Shown in pieces: positions 1 to 13,179 of a stretch of DNA of 64,000 nucleotides. The DNA is taken from contig NC_043008.1 in the NCBI RefSeq assembly GCF_006345805.1, forward strand, positions 1,860,001-1,924,000, in the 5' to 3' direction. Both the position numbers and the translations under genes were made by a program. The notes below the pieces were generated by a model. That model did not search any database. It was given only the letters and a program-made list of their open reading frames with translations, and was not told the origin of the DNA. How positions within the stretch are numbered: the first letter of the stretch is position 1; each line of letters opens with the position of its first letter. This DNA is from Octopus sinensis (taxonomy: Eukaryota).

Positions 1-3000
1 CAACAAATCAAACAATAAACGGCATTGGTCATTGCGCGGATTACAAAAGACCACGTACCCGAAAATTGAACCAAATCCTGATTGAAAAATCAGTTACTGG
101 ATCAAATCTTCCCAACACACAGGAGCTGGACGAACCCCACAACCGGAATATTCCAACAGATGGCCATCCATGCTCATCACCAAATAATCAAAGAAAAAGA
201 AGGAAAATGGTCTAGGGAAGATAATAAAGAAGTTCTTGAGGCCTTCTACCATGCCATATATTTCCCCACAGATAAGTCTAGCACTGTACAAGCATACTTA
301 AACTGGAGACAGAAACCCCTGAAGTAAGACCCTACATAGACAGTAACAAGCTTGCCAATGTTAGAAGAAACATTATAAAAAAGAAATTACTGACTGAAGT
401 AGAGATTGATCAGGTTAGATAAGCAATATCGGATAAAATGAACGAAGCTGCAGCTAGAGAAGATAATACAGAGGAAATGATTATAGACCAGCCCAGGGCG
501 GATTAAAACGAGAGAGGATTGAAAGAGCTAGTATAAGTGATAGGCAAAGTGAAATACGCCCTGAACCAATCATAAACACTAAGACAGATGAGCATCAAAT
601 AGATAAAGAAAGTCACACAAATATTGACCCAACAGAACTACATGGGCTAAACAATCAAATCACGATTGAATGGCTGAAAATTAAAGAAACCAGCATGGAT
701 GAGCGTGATACACTTCCTAAAATCCGCAACTCTAACCAAAACATGAAAATAATTGGTAAAATCCGGCTTGCACTTAAGGATATAATTTCAGTTAATGATG
801 TTGATATCACAAACCTCAACCACCTATACTATGCATCCGCGAAAATCTCAACGATCCTATGTGGTGTAAAGATTAGAAAACGGCAACAGTCCCACAAAAA
901 GCCTTCTTGGCAAGAGCGTCTGCAACAACAAATTAAAATTTTTAGATCTGACATTGAATATTTGAAAAACCTTAAGGCTCACAAGACTACCAAACCTACA
1001 CAAACCCAAAAATTACTGAAAAAATACAATATGAAAACTATACTTGATATTGATACCACCATAGAAACCATCAAACAAAAGGTATCTGCCAAAGCTGCCC
1101 GCATAGCGAGGTATGAAAATTGTGTTAGATTTTTCAAGGACAACAACATGTTCAAAAATAACACCAAGAATTTTTACAGGAAGATAGGAAAAACAGCGTT
1201 TACTGCAGGGTCTGTACTATCAAAAGAAGAAGTGCAGAGATTTTGGAATAAAATCTGGGCAGAAGAAAAAACACACAACGAAAAGGCCCCCTGGATTGAC
1301 AGAATATCTACAGAACTGGACCCCTTAGAAGAGCAAAAGTGGGAGGGTGTCAAGTAGTAGAAGATATAAGATCTGCTCTCAGGAGGTCAAGCAAATGGAA
1401 GTCTCCAGGAAAGGATAAAATTCCTAACTTCTGGCTGAATGCCTTCCCAGAGAGCCATGAACTGCTAACAGAACTGTACAATGATGTTTTGCAACACCCT
1501 AGTAGGATGCCTCCTTGGCTAGTTAATGGGTTAACATTCCTGCTTCCAAAAAGTGAAGAAACAAATGAACCAAAAAACTATAGACCCATAACCTGCTTAA
1601 CAACTATGTACAAAATACTAACATCTGTCCTGACGGAATATACCTATAGTGTTTTAACAGACAGCAGCATATTCCCTAATGAACAGAAAGGATGTAAACG
1701 TGGATCCTACGGCTGTAAGACCAACAACTCATCAATAAGATGATCTTAGAAGATTGTCACAAACGACACACAAAACTTATCAAAGCCTGGATAGACTATA
1801 AAAAGGCTTTTGATAGCCTACCACATAGCTGGATTAGGAATGCCTTGAAATGTATAAGATAGCAGCAACTCTGCGAAACTTCTTGACTGTAAGTATGAGA
1901 TCATGGAGAACCACACTAACTCTGAACAGTGACAGTGAATCCCTAAATGCTGGTGATGTAAACATTTCGACTGGCATTTTCCAGGGTGAATCACTGTCAC
2001 CACTCCTCTTTTGTTTATCCTTAATACCTCTCTCAAAGCTGCTCAATGACACGCAGTACGGGTATAAAATGTTTGATAAAAATATAAATCATCTCGTTTA
2101 CATGGATGATTTAAAGCTTTTTGAAAAGAATGATCAACAACTCAAGGGCTTACTAGCGATAGTCAAACAATTCAGTGACGACATCAGAATGCAATTCGGC
2201 CTCGATAAATGTGCAAAGGCTACCTTTATCAAAGGAAAAATGACAGAAACATCTAACATTAACCTTGACCAACAGAATGTCATAAAAAGAACTAGACCCA
2301 GCGGAGAGCTACAAGTACCCAGGGGTAATTGAAGGGAACGGAATAAGGCATTCAGAGATGAAGGAAAGGATCAGGAGAGAATGCTATCGAAGAGTGAGAG
2401 CAATACTCAAGACAGAGCTGAATGCAAGAAACAGGATCGAAGCAATCAATGCATTAGCTATACCAGTCGTGACTTACAGTTTCAATATTGTTAACTGGTC
2501 AATTACTGAAATATGTCAGCTCGACAGAAAAATAAGGAAACTGTTGACAATGCATAGAATGCCACCCCTAAGGCAGATACAGAACGACTCTATCTGCCAA
2601 GAAAGAGAGGGAGGCCGTGGTCTTTTGCAACTGGCAATAACAATGAAGATTGCTACAATTGGCCTAGACACCTACCTGAAAAACTCTGAGGACTGGATGT
2701 TAAAATTTGTCTCAAAACATGAAACAAAAAAGAAAGCATCATACTCAGTCACAAAACAGGCAAAGGAATATCTAAGTGAATTCCGAATACAACCAATTTC
2801 GGAATTAGAGATAGATATACAAGAAACAAGCACAGAAAAAGCTAGGCGCATGAAAACCCGTGCCAAAACTGCGGCCTTAGATATTCTGAATAATAAATGG
2901 CAAGAAAAACCTCTCTATGGCAAATACCCAAAGAGAGCGAATAATGCAGATATCGACAAAGTCCTGACCCATCAATGGCTAATGGCCTCTGGCTTAAAAT

Positions 3001-3875
3001 TTGAAACAGAGGGGTTTATCATAGCAGCTCAAGATCAACGCCTACCAACAATAAACTACCAGGCCAACATATTAAAGATCAGAAGCAGTCCAACGTGTCG
3101 TGTATGCAAGCAACAAAATGAAACCATTGACCATGTGGTCTCCAAGTGCAGTCTTCTAGCGCCTACAGAGTATCGCAACAGGCACGATAGAGCTGCACAA
3201 TATATTCACTGGGTAATCTGTAAAAACCTGGATTTGCCCCATGAAAAAAACTGGTGGGAACACAAACCACCCCCAGTGCTTGAAAATGACCACATCTCAC
3301 TCCTCTGGAACTTCACCATTCAAACTGACAGGAAGATAGATGCAAATAGGCCAGACATCATATTGAAAGACTTCAAACAAAGAACATGCCTCCTCATTGA
3401 TATGACTGTCCCAATCGATATAAACGTATCTGTCAAGACCTACCAAAAACTGAGCAAATATAAAGATCTTGAAATAGAAATCAGCAAAATGTGGAAGCTG
3501 AAGACTAAAACAATACCTGTTGTCATAGGTGCCTTGGGAATGATAGCAAAAGGGGCTGATAGCTACCTAACTCAGATACCAGGAAACCCCAAAATGGCAG
3601 AAGTTCAAAAGATAGTGCTCATGGGAACTGCTCATATCCTACGCAAAATACTCTCTATGTAATCTCAAGGTTTAAAACAAACATAATTTTCGGTTAAAAA
3701 AAAAAAAAAAAAAAAACTTTTTTTTTAGACATTCATTAGTACAACATCCCCACCCCCAAATAAATGGCACACTAGGCATAACAACAACATGAACTTCCAA
3801 CCCTGTTGTCTCTTGAGGTCTCTGGGTGAGACTTGGAGCCAACTTGTACAAATATAAAGCAAAAGTCAAACATAG
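1..3875 (+). mobile_element. R4/Dong-clade non-LTR retrotransposon (RT plus restriction-like endonuclease), near full length, 5' end probably beyond the window
   Basis: Consecutive + ORF pieces (82-327, 695-1357, 1339-1743, 1850-2332, 2358-3662) give RT motifs KSPGKD, NYRPITCL, KAFDS, IFQGESLSPLLF, YMDDLKLF; a CCHC knuckle CRVC-x8-H-x4-C; and RLE motifs RHD, RPD, K..KY. About 210 bp of 3' UTR ends in a (TAA)n tail. Confidence 0.93.
82..3662 (+). pseudogene. Frameshifted single ORF (RT, zinc knuckle, RLE) of the R4/Dong element
   Basis: Several small indels and stops break one polyprotein into at least five ORF pieces; the catalytic YMDD is intact; stop at 3660-3662. Confidence 0.9.
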
Positions 3876-3951
3876 AATAATAATAATAATAATAATAACA
3901 GAAAATAATAATAATAATAATAATATAATAATAATAATAATAATAATAACA

Positions 3952-4019
<68 letters not shown>

Positions 4020-4048
4020 GAATAATAATAATAATAATAATAATAACA

Positions 4049-4086
<38 letters not shown>

Positions 4087-4114
4087 GAATAATAATAATA
4101 ATAATAATAAATAA
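3876..4114. repeat. (TAA)n array punctuated by CAGAA units
   Basis: TAA runs interrupted by CAGAA at about 3899, 3950, 4018, 4047 and 4085, with a further CAGAA at 4115. Confidence 0.95.
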
Positions 4115-4661
4115 CAGAAAAAAGATGGTATAGGCACGCACCAGAAAAGGTCACAGAAAACGAGAAAGCAACCATACTCTGGGATATGCCGATACACACA
4201 GATAGAGAAATTAAGGCCAACAGACCAGATATAGTTGTCAGAGACCATGAAGAAAAAAATGCTTTCTAATTGATGTATCAATACCGGCTGATGACAACGT
4301 GTCTCTAAAAGAAATGGAGAAACTCTCAAAATACAAAGACCTGGAAATAGAGGTAACTAGAATGTGGAATCTGAAAACAGAAACAATTCCTATCATAGTA
4401 GGTGCATTAGGCATGATAAAAAAATATTCAGACAAATACATAACAAAAACACCAGGCCTTACAAACACATATAACATACAGAAAATTGCACTACTAGGCA
4501 CTGCACACATCCTACGCAGAACACTTTCCATATAATAACCATCAGAGCATCACAACAAATCACAGCACATACCCAAGGCACACAGAGCTGCGCTCGGTAG
4601 TGAAGTGAAAGCATGCTATAAAAATAAAACTACTGAATAATAATAATAATAATAATAATAA
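4111..4661 (+). mobile_element. 5'-truncated R4/Dong-type element of a different subfamily (RLE C-terminus, 3' UTR, TAA tail)
   Basis: Translates ITEKRWYRHAPEKVTENEKATILWDMPIHTDREIKANRPDIV, then after a frameshift in an A-run CFLIDVSIP...KLSKYKDLEIE...IIVGALG...LLGTAHILRRTLSI*. Its 3' UTR differs from that of the first element; TAA tail at 4636-4661. Confidence 0.9.
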
Positions 4662-6612
4662 GTTTCTTTTTTATTTACTGAAAAGTGCAAAAGTTTTAGA
4701 CAAATTGTTGTTTCAAATCCTCCGGTCTGCATACAGGGATATTATTTATATTTTACAGAGTGTTGAAAAATGAATTGATCGCAGCAGATTTGGAATTTAG
4801 ATCATAAACAGATTTAACAAATGCATTTCTCTTGAGAATCTAACAGCTAGGAGTGAGTGTATTATATAAAGTGTATATAAGTAACATATGTATATTTTAT
4901 TAAAAGAGAATCGTTGCTTATGAATAATGACTGCTTTGAAAGATGTTCCGTCTGAACGTATGAAAGTTATTTTCTCTGGTGTCACGTATATATTCTAACT
5001 CAATCAATTTTTAATGTTGACTTTGCAATATGTCACAAGCTACTTCCGTTTATATTATATATTCAACTGCGATGTACCAATTACACATGTATTTCTACCA
5101 ATGGAAGATGTATATGCATAGACATATATGTTATTTAAAGCATACATTGAATCAGGTATTCTTACAGTTTAACAACAACGCTGCAACATAGAGTAGTTAC
5201 AATTTTAGACGTCAATATATGAATACTTAATATTAAATTTTATATATACATATACATGTATTTGTGTGTGTGTGTGTTCGTGTGTGTGTGTGTGTGTGTA
5301 TGTGTGTGTGTGCGCGCATAGAGGTTTTGAAATTCTGTATAAATATTTTATATTGAGCAAAGGAGGCAGTTGGAATTTTCGATAATTCTGTATTAGAGCT
5401 TTCGTTCGTTTAGCGGATATGTGGAGACAAGATCAAACCGAAAATGGTAAATACCGAAGGTTTCCTTGGTCATTTATGTGAATTACATGCATCCGTTGAC
5501 GTACTACAGAACTAGTCCCGCCAGTGTTTGATACCAACTCGTATCTATGTTATTATTCAAGATGTTTTAGCTTCGTCGTTTGAGCATCACTGGCTCTTCA
5601 AACAAGTCTATATCGTCAGGCTTGTAGTAAAATAATGATATGGTTTCTGGATATTGGGACGCTCTTAGTCAACTCACGTCACTGGTATGACTGCCGCTAA
5701 AAGTTTGACATTGCTGATCATAGAACAAACGTCCTCCATCGAACCTGAAGAATTTCTAGTTCCCCATCATATGAATGTTCTTATAATCTCTTCAGCCACA
5801 CATTGCAGATGTATTGGTAACACGTAAGCGAAACGAGGCGTCGTTACTTATATCAGCGATCAGATCACTTATTCTGTTTGACTTGGGAATATACACTCGT
5901 TTCGTCTTCAAATATCATGTTGCAGCATGTTAACGTAAGCTAGCTGATAGCGGAAAGCTTAGAAATTTCCTGAATATCAGTTTGTCGATCCCGTGGGGCG
6001 GACTGGTGTAGTTTTTTGTGCACTTGAAACATCTAAACGGTTAAAAGGCTGCTCGTTAAAATTGATGCTTAGTATTTAAAAATTAAAAATACAATAATTT
6101 GAGAAAACTATTCCTACGACTCTCAAAGTAATCCAAATACTTTCACATCAGATTACTTGATATCCTGAAATTTGTTTGTATATTGGTCTTTGACCATCGG
6201 GCAATAAATTTTAAATCTCTGTTTTTCTTTCAAGTTGTGTTATATGATTCTCTATTATTAATTAAAAGTTTGCAGTAGCATGCTTTAATCGAAGCACTCA
6301 ATGGTTTGTAGATTTATTACAAACAGAATTGGGTTGATGATAATTTTTCTCGAAGTTAAATAATATACGGATCTTATTTGGATGAAGTGAATTCTATAAT
6401 TCTAGACGTTCACGTTATATATTTTGTTTCTGATGGAGTCGCTGAAAATTGAGGTGTTTGCTGTTGTGATTTTGTAGGTGATAATCGTTGGTGGCAGTAG
6501 TGTTGGTGCTGTCGACATTCATCAACAATATCATGACGACGATAAGGGTAGAGACAAAGACATCCTACTACAATGTCCATGATAACGGTGTTAATGACAA
6601 CGTTATTATTGG

Positions 6613-6614
<2 letters not shown>

Positions 6615-6689
<75 letters not shown>

Positions 6690-6738
6690 CATATTTATGT
6701 ATATATATATATGTGTGTGTGTGTGTATATACATATGC

Positions 6739-6780
<42 letters not shown>
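6615..6780. repeat. Compound (TA)n/(TG)n microsatellite, representative of many in the window
   Basis: Direct reading. Similar arrays at about 9420-9512, 10300-10510, 11990-12310, 18855-18998, 20500-20760, 22225-22450, 30765-31030, 33785-33835, 35095-35228, 35451-35640, 39620-39831, 48905-48965, 52790-52870 and 57595-57700. Confidence 0.95.
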
Positions 6781-6783
<3 letters not shown>

Positions 6784-6919
6784 CGCGTTACAGTGTTTCA
6801 CAAAGCATCTCTACAGTTATTGGCTACAGGATAGCATCATAGTGTGGGGATGCCCTTGTTACTGGATATAAATCAGGAATTCTATAGTGACCGCGTATCA
6901 TATATGAATAGATAAACAA

Positions 6920-7130
6920 TCGCTTCAAATTTTTGCACATGGTCAGTAATTTTGTGGAAGGGGGCGGGCAAATTGCATCGACTACTTTCCTCAACTCGTA
7001 TCTATTTTTCCAACCGCGAAAGGAAAAATGGCAAGGTTAACCTCGGTGGAAAATGAACACAGAATGTAAAGACGGACGAAACGTCTCTAAACACTCTGTC
7101 CGGTTGATTAACGATTATGCCATATCACCT
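6920..7130 (-). mobile_element. Degenerate tRNA-derived SINE, family A
   Basis: Minus strand reads ggtgatatggcataatcgtt...ttctgtgttcattttccaccgaggttaaccttgcc...cctttcgcggttg, homologous to the cleaner copies at 35229 and 59351. Confidence 0.75.
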
Positions 7131-7146
7131 ACGGGCAAATTTCAAT

Positions 7147-7259
7147 GCTTATACCACTTAGGTGTCCCAATCGGTCACTCATCTGAATATTAGGCGAAAC
7201 TTTGCTTAGCATCAGTGATCGGACGAGACCCGGTGCATTCAGCCTGATATGTCGTAAGC
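7147..7259 (-). pseudogene. 5S rRNA pseudogene (diverged, near full length)
   Basis: Minus strand: GCTTACGACATATCAGGCTGAATGCACCGGGTCTCGTCCGATCACTGATGCTAAGCA...GATGAGTGACCGATTGGGACACC...GGTATAAGC. Matches the metazoan 5S pattern (TCTCGTCCGATC, A-box and C-box like segments, complementary termini), with decay in the 3' half and no oligo-T terminator. Confidence 0.88.
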
Positions 7260-7470
7260 AAAATAGAAAAATAACAGAAAATAGAATGAAAAAAACGTTA
7301 TTAAATCGCTAAAACTCTTTAGACATATTTTACATTCTTAGAATATTAGTTACATAAAACACATAACACATTGTGTAAGCCTTATCGTTCCTCAAATGTG
7401 TAAGATGCACACCTGCATTGATCATGTTGATTATCATTATATTTCTATCTCTGTCATGTTGACAATTATT

Positions 7471-7660
7471 CTTTTCTACTCTAGGCACAAGGCCAGACAT
7501 TGATCGACCCCAGTACACAACTGGCACTTAAATTATTGACCCCGAAAGGATAAAAGGCAAAGTCAACCTAGCCGGAATTTGAACTCAGAACCCAAACACA
7601 GTCGAAATTCCGGTAATCATTTCGCCCGCCGTGTTGACGTTTTTGCCAGGTCGCCGCCTT
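7471..7660 (-). mobile_element. tRNA-derived SINE, family A, with 15-bp TSD
   Basis: B-box-like GAGTTCAAATTCC and core gttgactttgccttttatcctttcggggtc on the minus strand; perfect TSD atgttgacaattatt at 7456-7470 and 7661-7675. Confidence 0.88.
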
Positions 7661-8559
7661 ATGTTGACAATTATTATAATATATTGGTCATGTTGACTAT
7701 TATTATAATTCTATCTTCATGGACGAATTATAATGAAGAAAATGACATAACAGAATGGCGAATAAGATTATTCAGAATTTATTGATAATAATGTAATTAA
7801 GATCGTCCATTTTGTGCTTATCGACTACTTCCTTAATAAATCTAACTTACACCCATCCTTTCGCAACAAAACATCTGGATGCATTCTATATTCGAATCAA
7901 CCTTTGTGTTCAGTTAATTTATAATTCTCTGGATATATAACCTTTCTTGAAGTATTTAGAGAAGAAATTAGTAGGAAAATACTTCCCCATAAACATACAA
8001 ATTATTTCCAATACCTACATGCTAGGTAGTGTATACAATCTTATACACACCCACACACATACATATATACACACGCACGCATCCAAACACACACCCATAA
8101 ATGTATCTTATAACATGGCCATTCTTTTTTGCCCGTTACTTCCTTTCTGCATTTTATATTTTGATGGCAATTGTAATTTGATTATAATCTGTCACCATTC
8201 CAATGTGTATAGTGTTAACTGCAAACTGATCAGAATAGCACATTGCCTCGTGGTTTCCTCCTGACACTAATTAAAACGACTATATATTCTAACAAAGGAT
8301 ACAATTAAATCAATGCTCTGCAGAGGCGCATTTTACACCTTTGAATGGACCAAAGAGATTTACATTATATGTTACTTATATCATACCTTTGAGTACTCCG
8401 AGGAATAAGGTTATACCGAAATAGTTATGGTGATTTCAATGAGGCATATGTATGCTGCGTTTTCCCTCACTTTATCTATATCGCTATGCGTAATCAAAAT
8501 AACAGTATATGTATATACGTATATATGTTTGTGGTAATGTGCGTGTTTTCGTGCGTGTA

Positions 8560-8593
<34 letters not shown>

Positions 8594-9114
8594 GGAGAGA
8601 TTGTGTGTTGCGTGCGTGTGTGTATGCACGCATGTCTCTATGAAAAGATTTTAAGTTCATATGAAGTAAAAAACGCAGTCATACGCAGACACAAGATCGC
8701 ACCAAGACATTGACTGGCAGGCATTTAGATAAAGGCAGTCCCTTATTACACAGTGGACACTACAAAATGTCTACAGCTATAATGGTTGTGATCACATATC
8801 TGCTGGACAGAAATCAATACGATGGCAATCTCCAAAGATAGCAAAAGCAAAAGAAATACTTGCGACATCATTAAGATCTTGTTTAATGCAGTCTTATGTA
8901 TGGTAGTGTCTGTCATAAAGTTTAAATGAGGAGGAAAATTCTCGACATCATCTCGGGTGAAATATGTCAAAACCTATTTTTGTAAATGAATATGAAATTA
9001 TAAATATAAAACAAGGAACAGAGACCTCTAAGTAAAAATATACATTAACTCTATGAATCTTCAGATATAACTGGAAATATATAACTGTAATTATGAAAGG
9101 AAGCCGTCTTCATT

Positions 9115-9237
9115 ATCATCAAAAACTCATCATCGTTCTAATTATGATTATCATCATCATCATTATCATTATCATCATCATCATCATCACCACCACCATC
9201 ATCATCATCATCATCTGCCATTCACCAATTATCATCA
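9115..9237. repeat. (CAT)n-rich microsatellite
   Basis: Direct reading of catcatcat/caccac runs. Confidence 0.85.
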
Positions 9238-9429
9238 GTAAGGAGGAAAAGCTAAGTTGATACAGTCAGTGCATGCACAGGCGTGACTCTGTGTGTATGT
9301 GTATGTGTGTGTGTGTGTATGTGTGTGTGCGTGCGTCTGTATATATGTATGTGAGTGTATAAGAATATATACACTACCTTGCATGCAGGTAAAGGAAATA
9401 ATTTGTATGCACTATAAACATACATATCT

Positions 9430-9513
<84 letters not shown>

Positions 9514-10386
9514 TTTGATAGGTTTCGGCCATCACTGGCCCAGGCCATGTGTAACTTAATAGCACCACCTGGTATATATATACATATATGCGAAAATACC
9601 TTGTTGATGCTGTTAAAATTCCAATTACGGACACTTGGATCAAGGCTAGAAACCGGCTCTTTCCCTATTGTGAAGAAACTTTGGAATAAAAATGAATGAT
9701 GAAATACATACATAGACATAGGTGACAACATATATATTCATAAATATAAATGTCGTTTCCATTTTGTATTTCCTGATCGTAGTGAATATTTAACGAATAA
9801 AATGTCTAAAAGGAAATAAAAGGAAAGCATATTTCTCCTATTGAAGAAAGTTAGTAATAATGAAGTGAGAAATATAACTGTTGCTGGAATCTGTGATATG
9901 GATTTATTGATAGAATTTCATGAAAAGAAATGAATATCTTAATGATATAGCAAGCAAGTTCAACATATTGTTAAGGTGAAGCGATAAACGGTCTGCTAAG
10001 ATATGTAAAGAAAATTGGCTTTAAATTGATTGATTGTAAGGCAATGTCTAATATGTCACCATATATATGGAAGCATGACCCATTGAATACGATATATTTC
10101 TTTCTTTCTGTATTTCTTTATTTATCGAACATGTATTCTGGTTTATAAAGATATTTACACTTTTCTTTTTTATCTGGTGCACCTCACCGGATAATACATA
10201 ATAACCACCAATACGCATCACCTATTGAAAGAAAAATATCCATGTATCAGCAGTTTAGTAAACCATAATTTTCCTATTTATACACACACGGACTCATATG
10301 CTCATATGGATATATATATATATATATATATGCACATATATACACAAATATATATATATATTATATATATATATAAACACACACAC

Positions 10387-10466
<80 letters not shown>

Positions 10467-12011
10467 GTATACACATCCATACACATATATGTGTGTACGT
10501 GTATGTGTGAAAATAAAATGACAAAGGAATCTGACGAACATCATTACATTACACTTTTCTCTGCCACGAGATGTGTTGGACTCATTGAGTAACATCTTAC
10601 ACTTTCATGAGGGCCTCAGATACGAAATGTATTTTATGTGGGCTAGGAATATCATTTTTACCTCGTATATAAAGAAAGCTAACAGTGAAGTATATATATA
10701 TATACATATGAAGATCAAATACTTGGAAGATAGCGTTTATGCCTGCAAGAATTTTCTGATGTTATTATGACATGATTTTCATATCAGATTCCTCGGTTAC
10801 TTGGTTTATCTACGTACCTAGACTAATATTGGTGCTCATTATATAATGTACATGGTTATAGCACCACCCGCCTTTTTTTAAAATCCAAACTGGCTGTAAA
10901 AGTAATACTTAATTTCTTCATTCGTATTTTTGAAGCATGCACTCTTTAAACCCATCATACTTTATCTACCTGTTTCTTCTTGCAAACCTATTCCCTGAAC
11001 ATTGTTGAAGCAAGCAACAATTGATACACCTACTCGAAACGAAAGATTTCAATTTTGTCATAGTTTTATATTCATGTGATTCGCGTTTTGGGACTATTTA
11101 TCCCTCTTTACTATTTGCATCTTGAACCCACTATTTTACACACAGACACACACAGACACAAACACACACACACACACTCACACACACACACACGCATACA
11201 CACATATATACGCATGTTGATATACATTTGTGCTTCTTTATATACTATCTACCAGATGATAATCAGTAGGTTAGATATATTATGCTATTATATTTTAATA
11301 TCACTCATAGAATATTTCAGAACATAATATTCTCAAAAACAATTTTATCGACAGTCATTTTTATTAGTGTCATAATGCACGGGAAAGAAATTATTTATAT
11401 GCCCGCTCTTCGTTATGGTTCCTTGGAGAGATAATCCATCGTGTTTTATAATCTACATTTGCCACTTTGTCTTTGACAAACGTTATTATTCCCACACTAT
11501 ATTTTTCAATTAATCAAAGTATAGGAAACAAAACTGTTTGAAAAGAATTTTTCTATAAGAGATTATTACTGTTACTGGGAAATGAATTGAACAAAAATAC
11601 TTCATACGGACACCTATAATTGGTTCTATGGAAATTGAAGTAGACACAATATAGTATTTTATTCACTTCATTGTTAGTGTCTTTTCCCGTATTGTTTGTA
11701 ACGTATCAAAAAAATATTTCTGTGGAAATTCGCCAATGAAACATCATATATTAATTTACATTTGTATTTTTCGATCATTTTTATATTTGTACTTCTGCAA
11801 ATTTGTTTTCATCTACCAAATATTTTCATTGAAAGTAGAACCTGAAACATATTTTTTTATACTTCGTGTTGTCACTGGAGTGTGAAGTACGTGTTTCACA
11901 AGATGGATGTAAAGTCATAGTCACAAAACGTACAGAGTAGATGTGTTATATACAACTACACGCATACACATTCACTTATACGCGTGCACAACTGCTTACG
12001 CACATACATCC

Positions 12012-12057
<46 letters not shown>

Positions 12058-12127
12058 GTATCTATATATATGTATCTATATATATGTATATTGTGTATAT
12101 ATAATGTATATACATATGTATATATGT

Positions 12128-12166
<39 letters not shown>

Positions 12167-12212
12167 ATATATACACATATATATATACATATATACATAC
12201 ATACACACACAT

Positions 12213-12306
<94 letters not shown>

Positions 12307-12349
12307 TATATGGGTACACGACGCCAAACACATAAACAACCTGAAATAC

Positions 12350-12710
12350 GAAATACGAAAACATGGAATACGAACTTTGTTTGCGATCAACGAAATAAAC
12401 AAATGGAAACCAGACAAGTAACATAAGGATCGATCCTTCATCAGTTATCGGCTGTTTTATCTACTCCACATTTCGAGCAATTACGACAAGATATGCTTTC
12501 GCGAAAACACGCATTCCCGTCTGTCTCCTCTCTTACCATTACCCCTGTCGAAGCTTGTTCCCCACCTCACCTCGTTAGGTCTTAGAAACCCTTCCTGTTT
12601 GTTTTCATTGTGCTTTTTTTATTACCAACTTTGATTCTCCGCAAATAACAAATTTTATTTGCTTTGCGGAAACAACTGTTTTCTCGACGACACATCTTGT
12701 CGTAATTGTA
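12350..12710 (-). mobile_element. Probable Penelope-type terminal-repeat remnant with an inverted partial copy
   Basis: Minus-strand gctcgaaatgtggagtagataaaacagccgataactgatgaagg is homologous to + strand 14070-14150 (gatcgaaatgcggagtaaatagacaaccgacaactaatgaacgg). An imperfect inverted repeat lies at 12478-12508 and 12677-12708. The family assignment is an inference. Confidence 0.45.
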
Positions 12711-13074
12711 GGCTATGCAGTTTGATTTACGGCTGTATAGCAATGTTGTCAACACATCCAAAACTGTTTCTTTTAAAGTAAGTGTCTAAACTTTTATATT
12801 ATCTTTAGATGTATTTCTTATGGCGAGAAAGTTTTGAAATTTCTCCTTGCTCATAATATTTCTTCTTTTCAGTTAATGATAATACTCAGTGATTTTATAT
12901 GATTTTTGTCTATTTCCCTGCATTAAAATTTACCAGTAACTCTCTGGTTTGTCATCCAGTTTCAATTGATTTCTTACTACATAACATTTCTAACTACATA
13001 ACACTGTACCGTTCATCCATTCATATTTATGAAAATTAAGTAGATTGTGTGATGGAATGACTTTATATATCATG

Positions 13075-13124
<50 letters not shown>

Positions 13125-13179
13125 CCTCGAAATACCTGTAAAAAAATGAAACACACAGGACTTCAGGACTTCAAAGTGT

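Noticed and set aside
3876-4114. CRISPR-like periodicity
   Set aside because: The spacers are pure TAA, the context is eukaryotic and no cas genes are present.
3672-4329. Poly-I, poly-L and poly-Y 'membrane protein' ORFs
   Set aside because: They are the antisense reading of the (TAA)n array.
5480-6060. Possible ancient mariner relics here and at about 22450-22900, 49300-49760 and 62050-62220
   Set aside because: Only 3-6-residue echoes (e.g. TEEQK, EGNYF, LRNGNE) are visible, too weak to call without an HMM search.
6965-7141. cgggcaaatt direct repeat as a TSD
   Set aside because: One copy lies inside the SINE tail rather than flanking it; probably chance.
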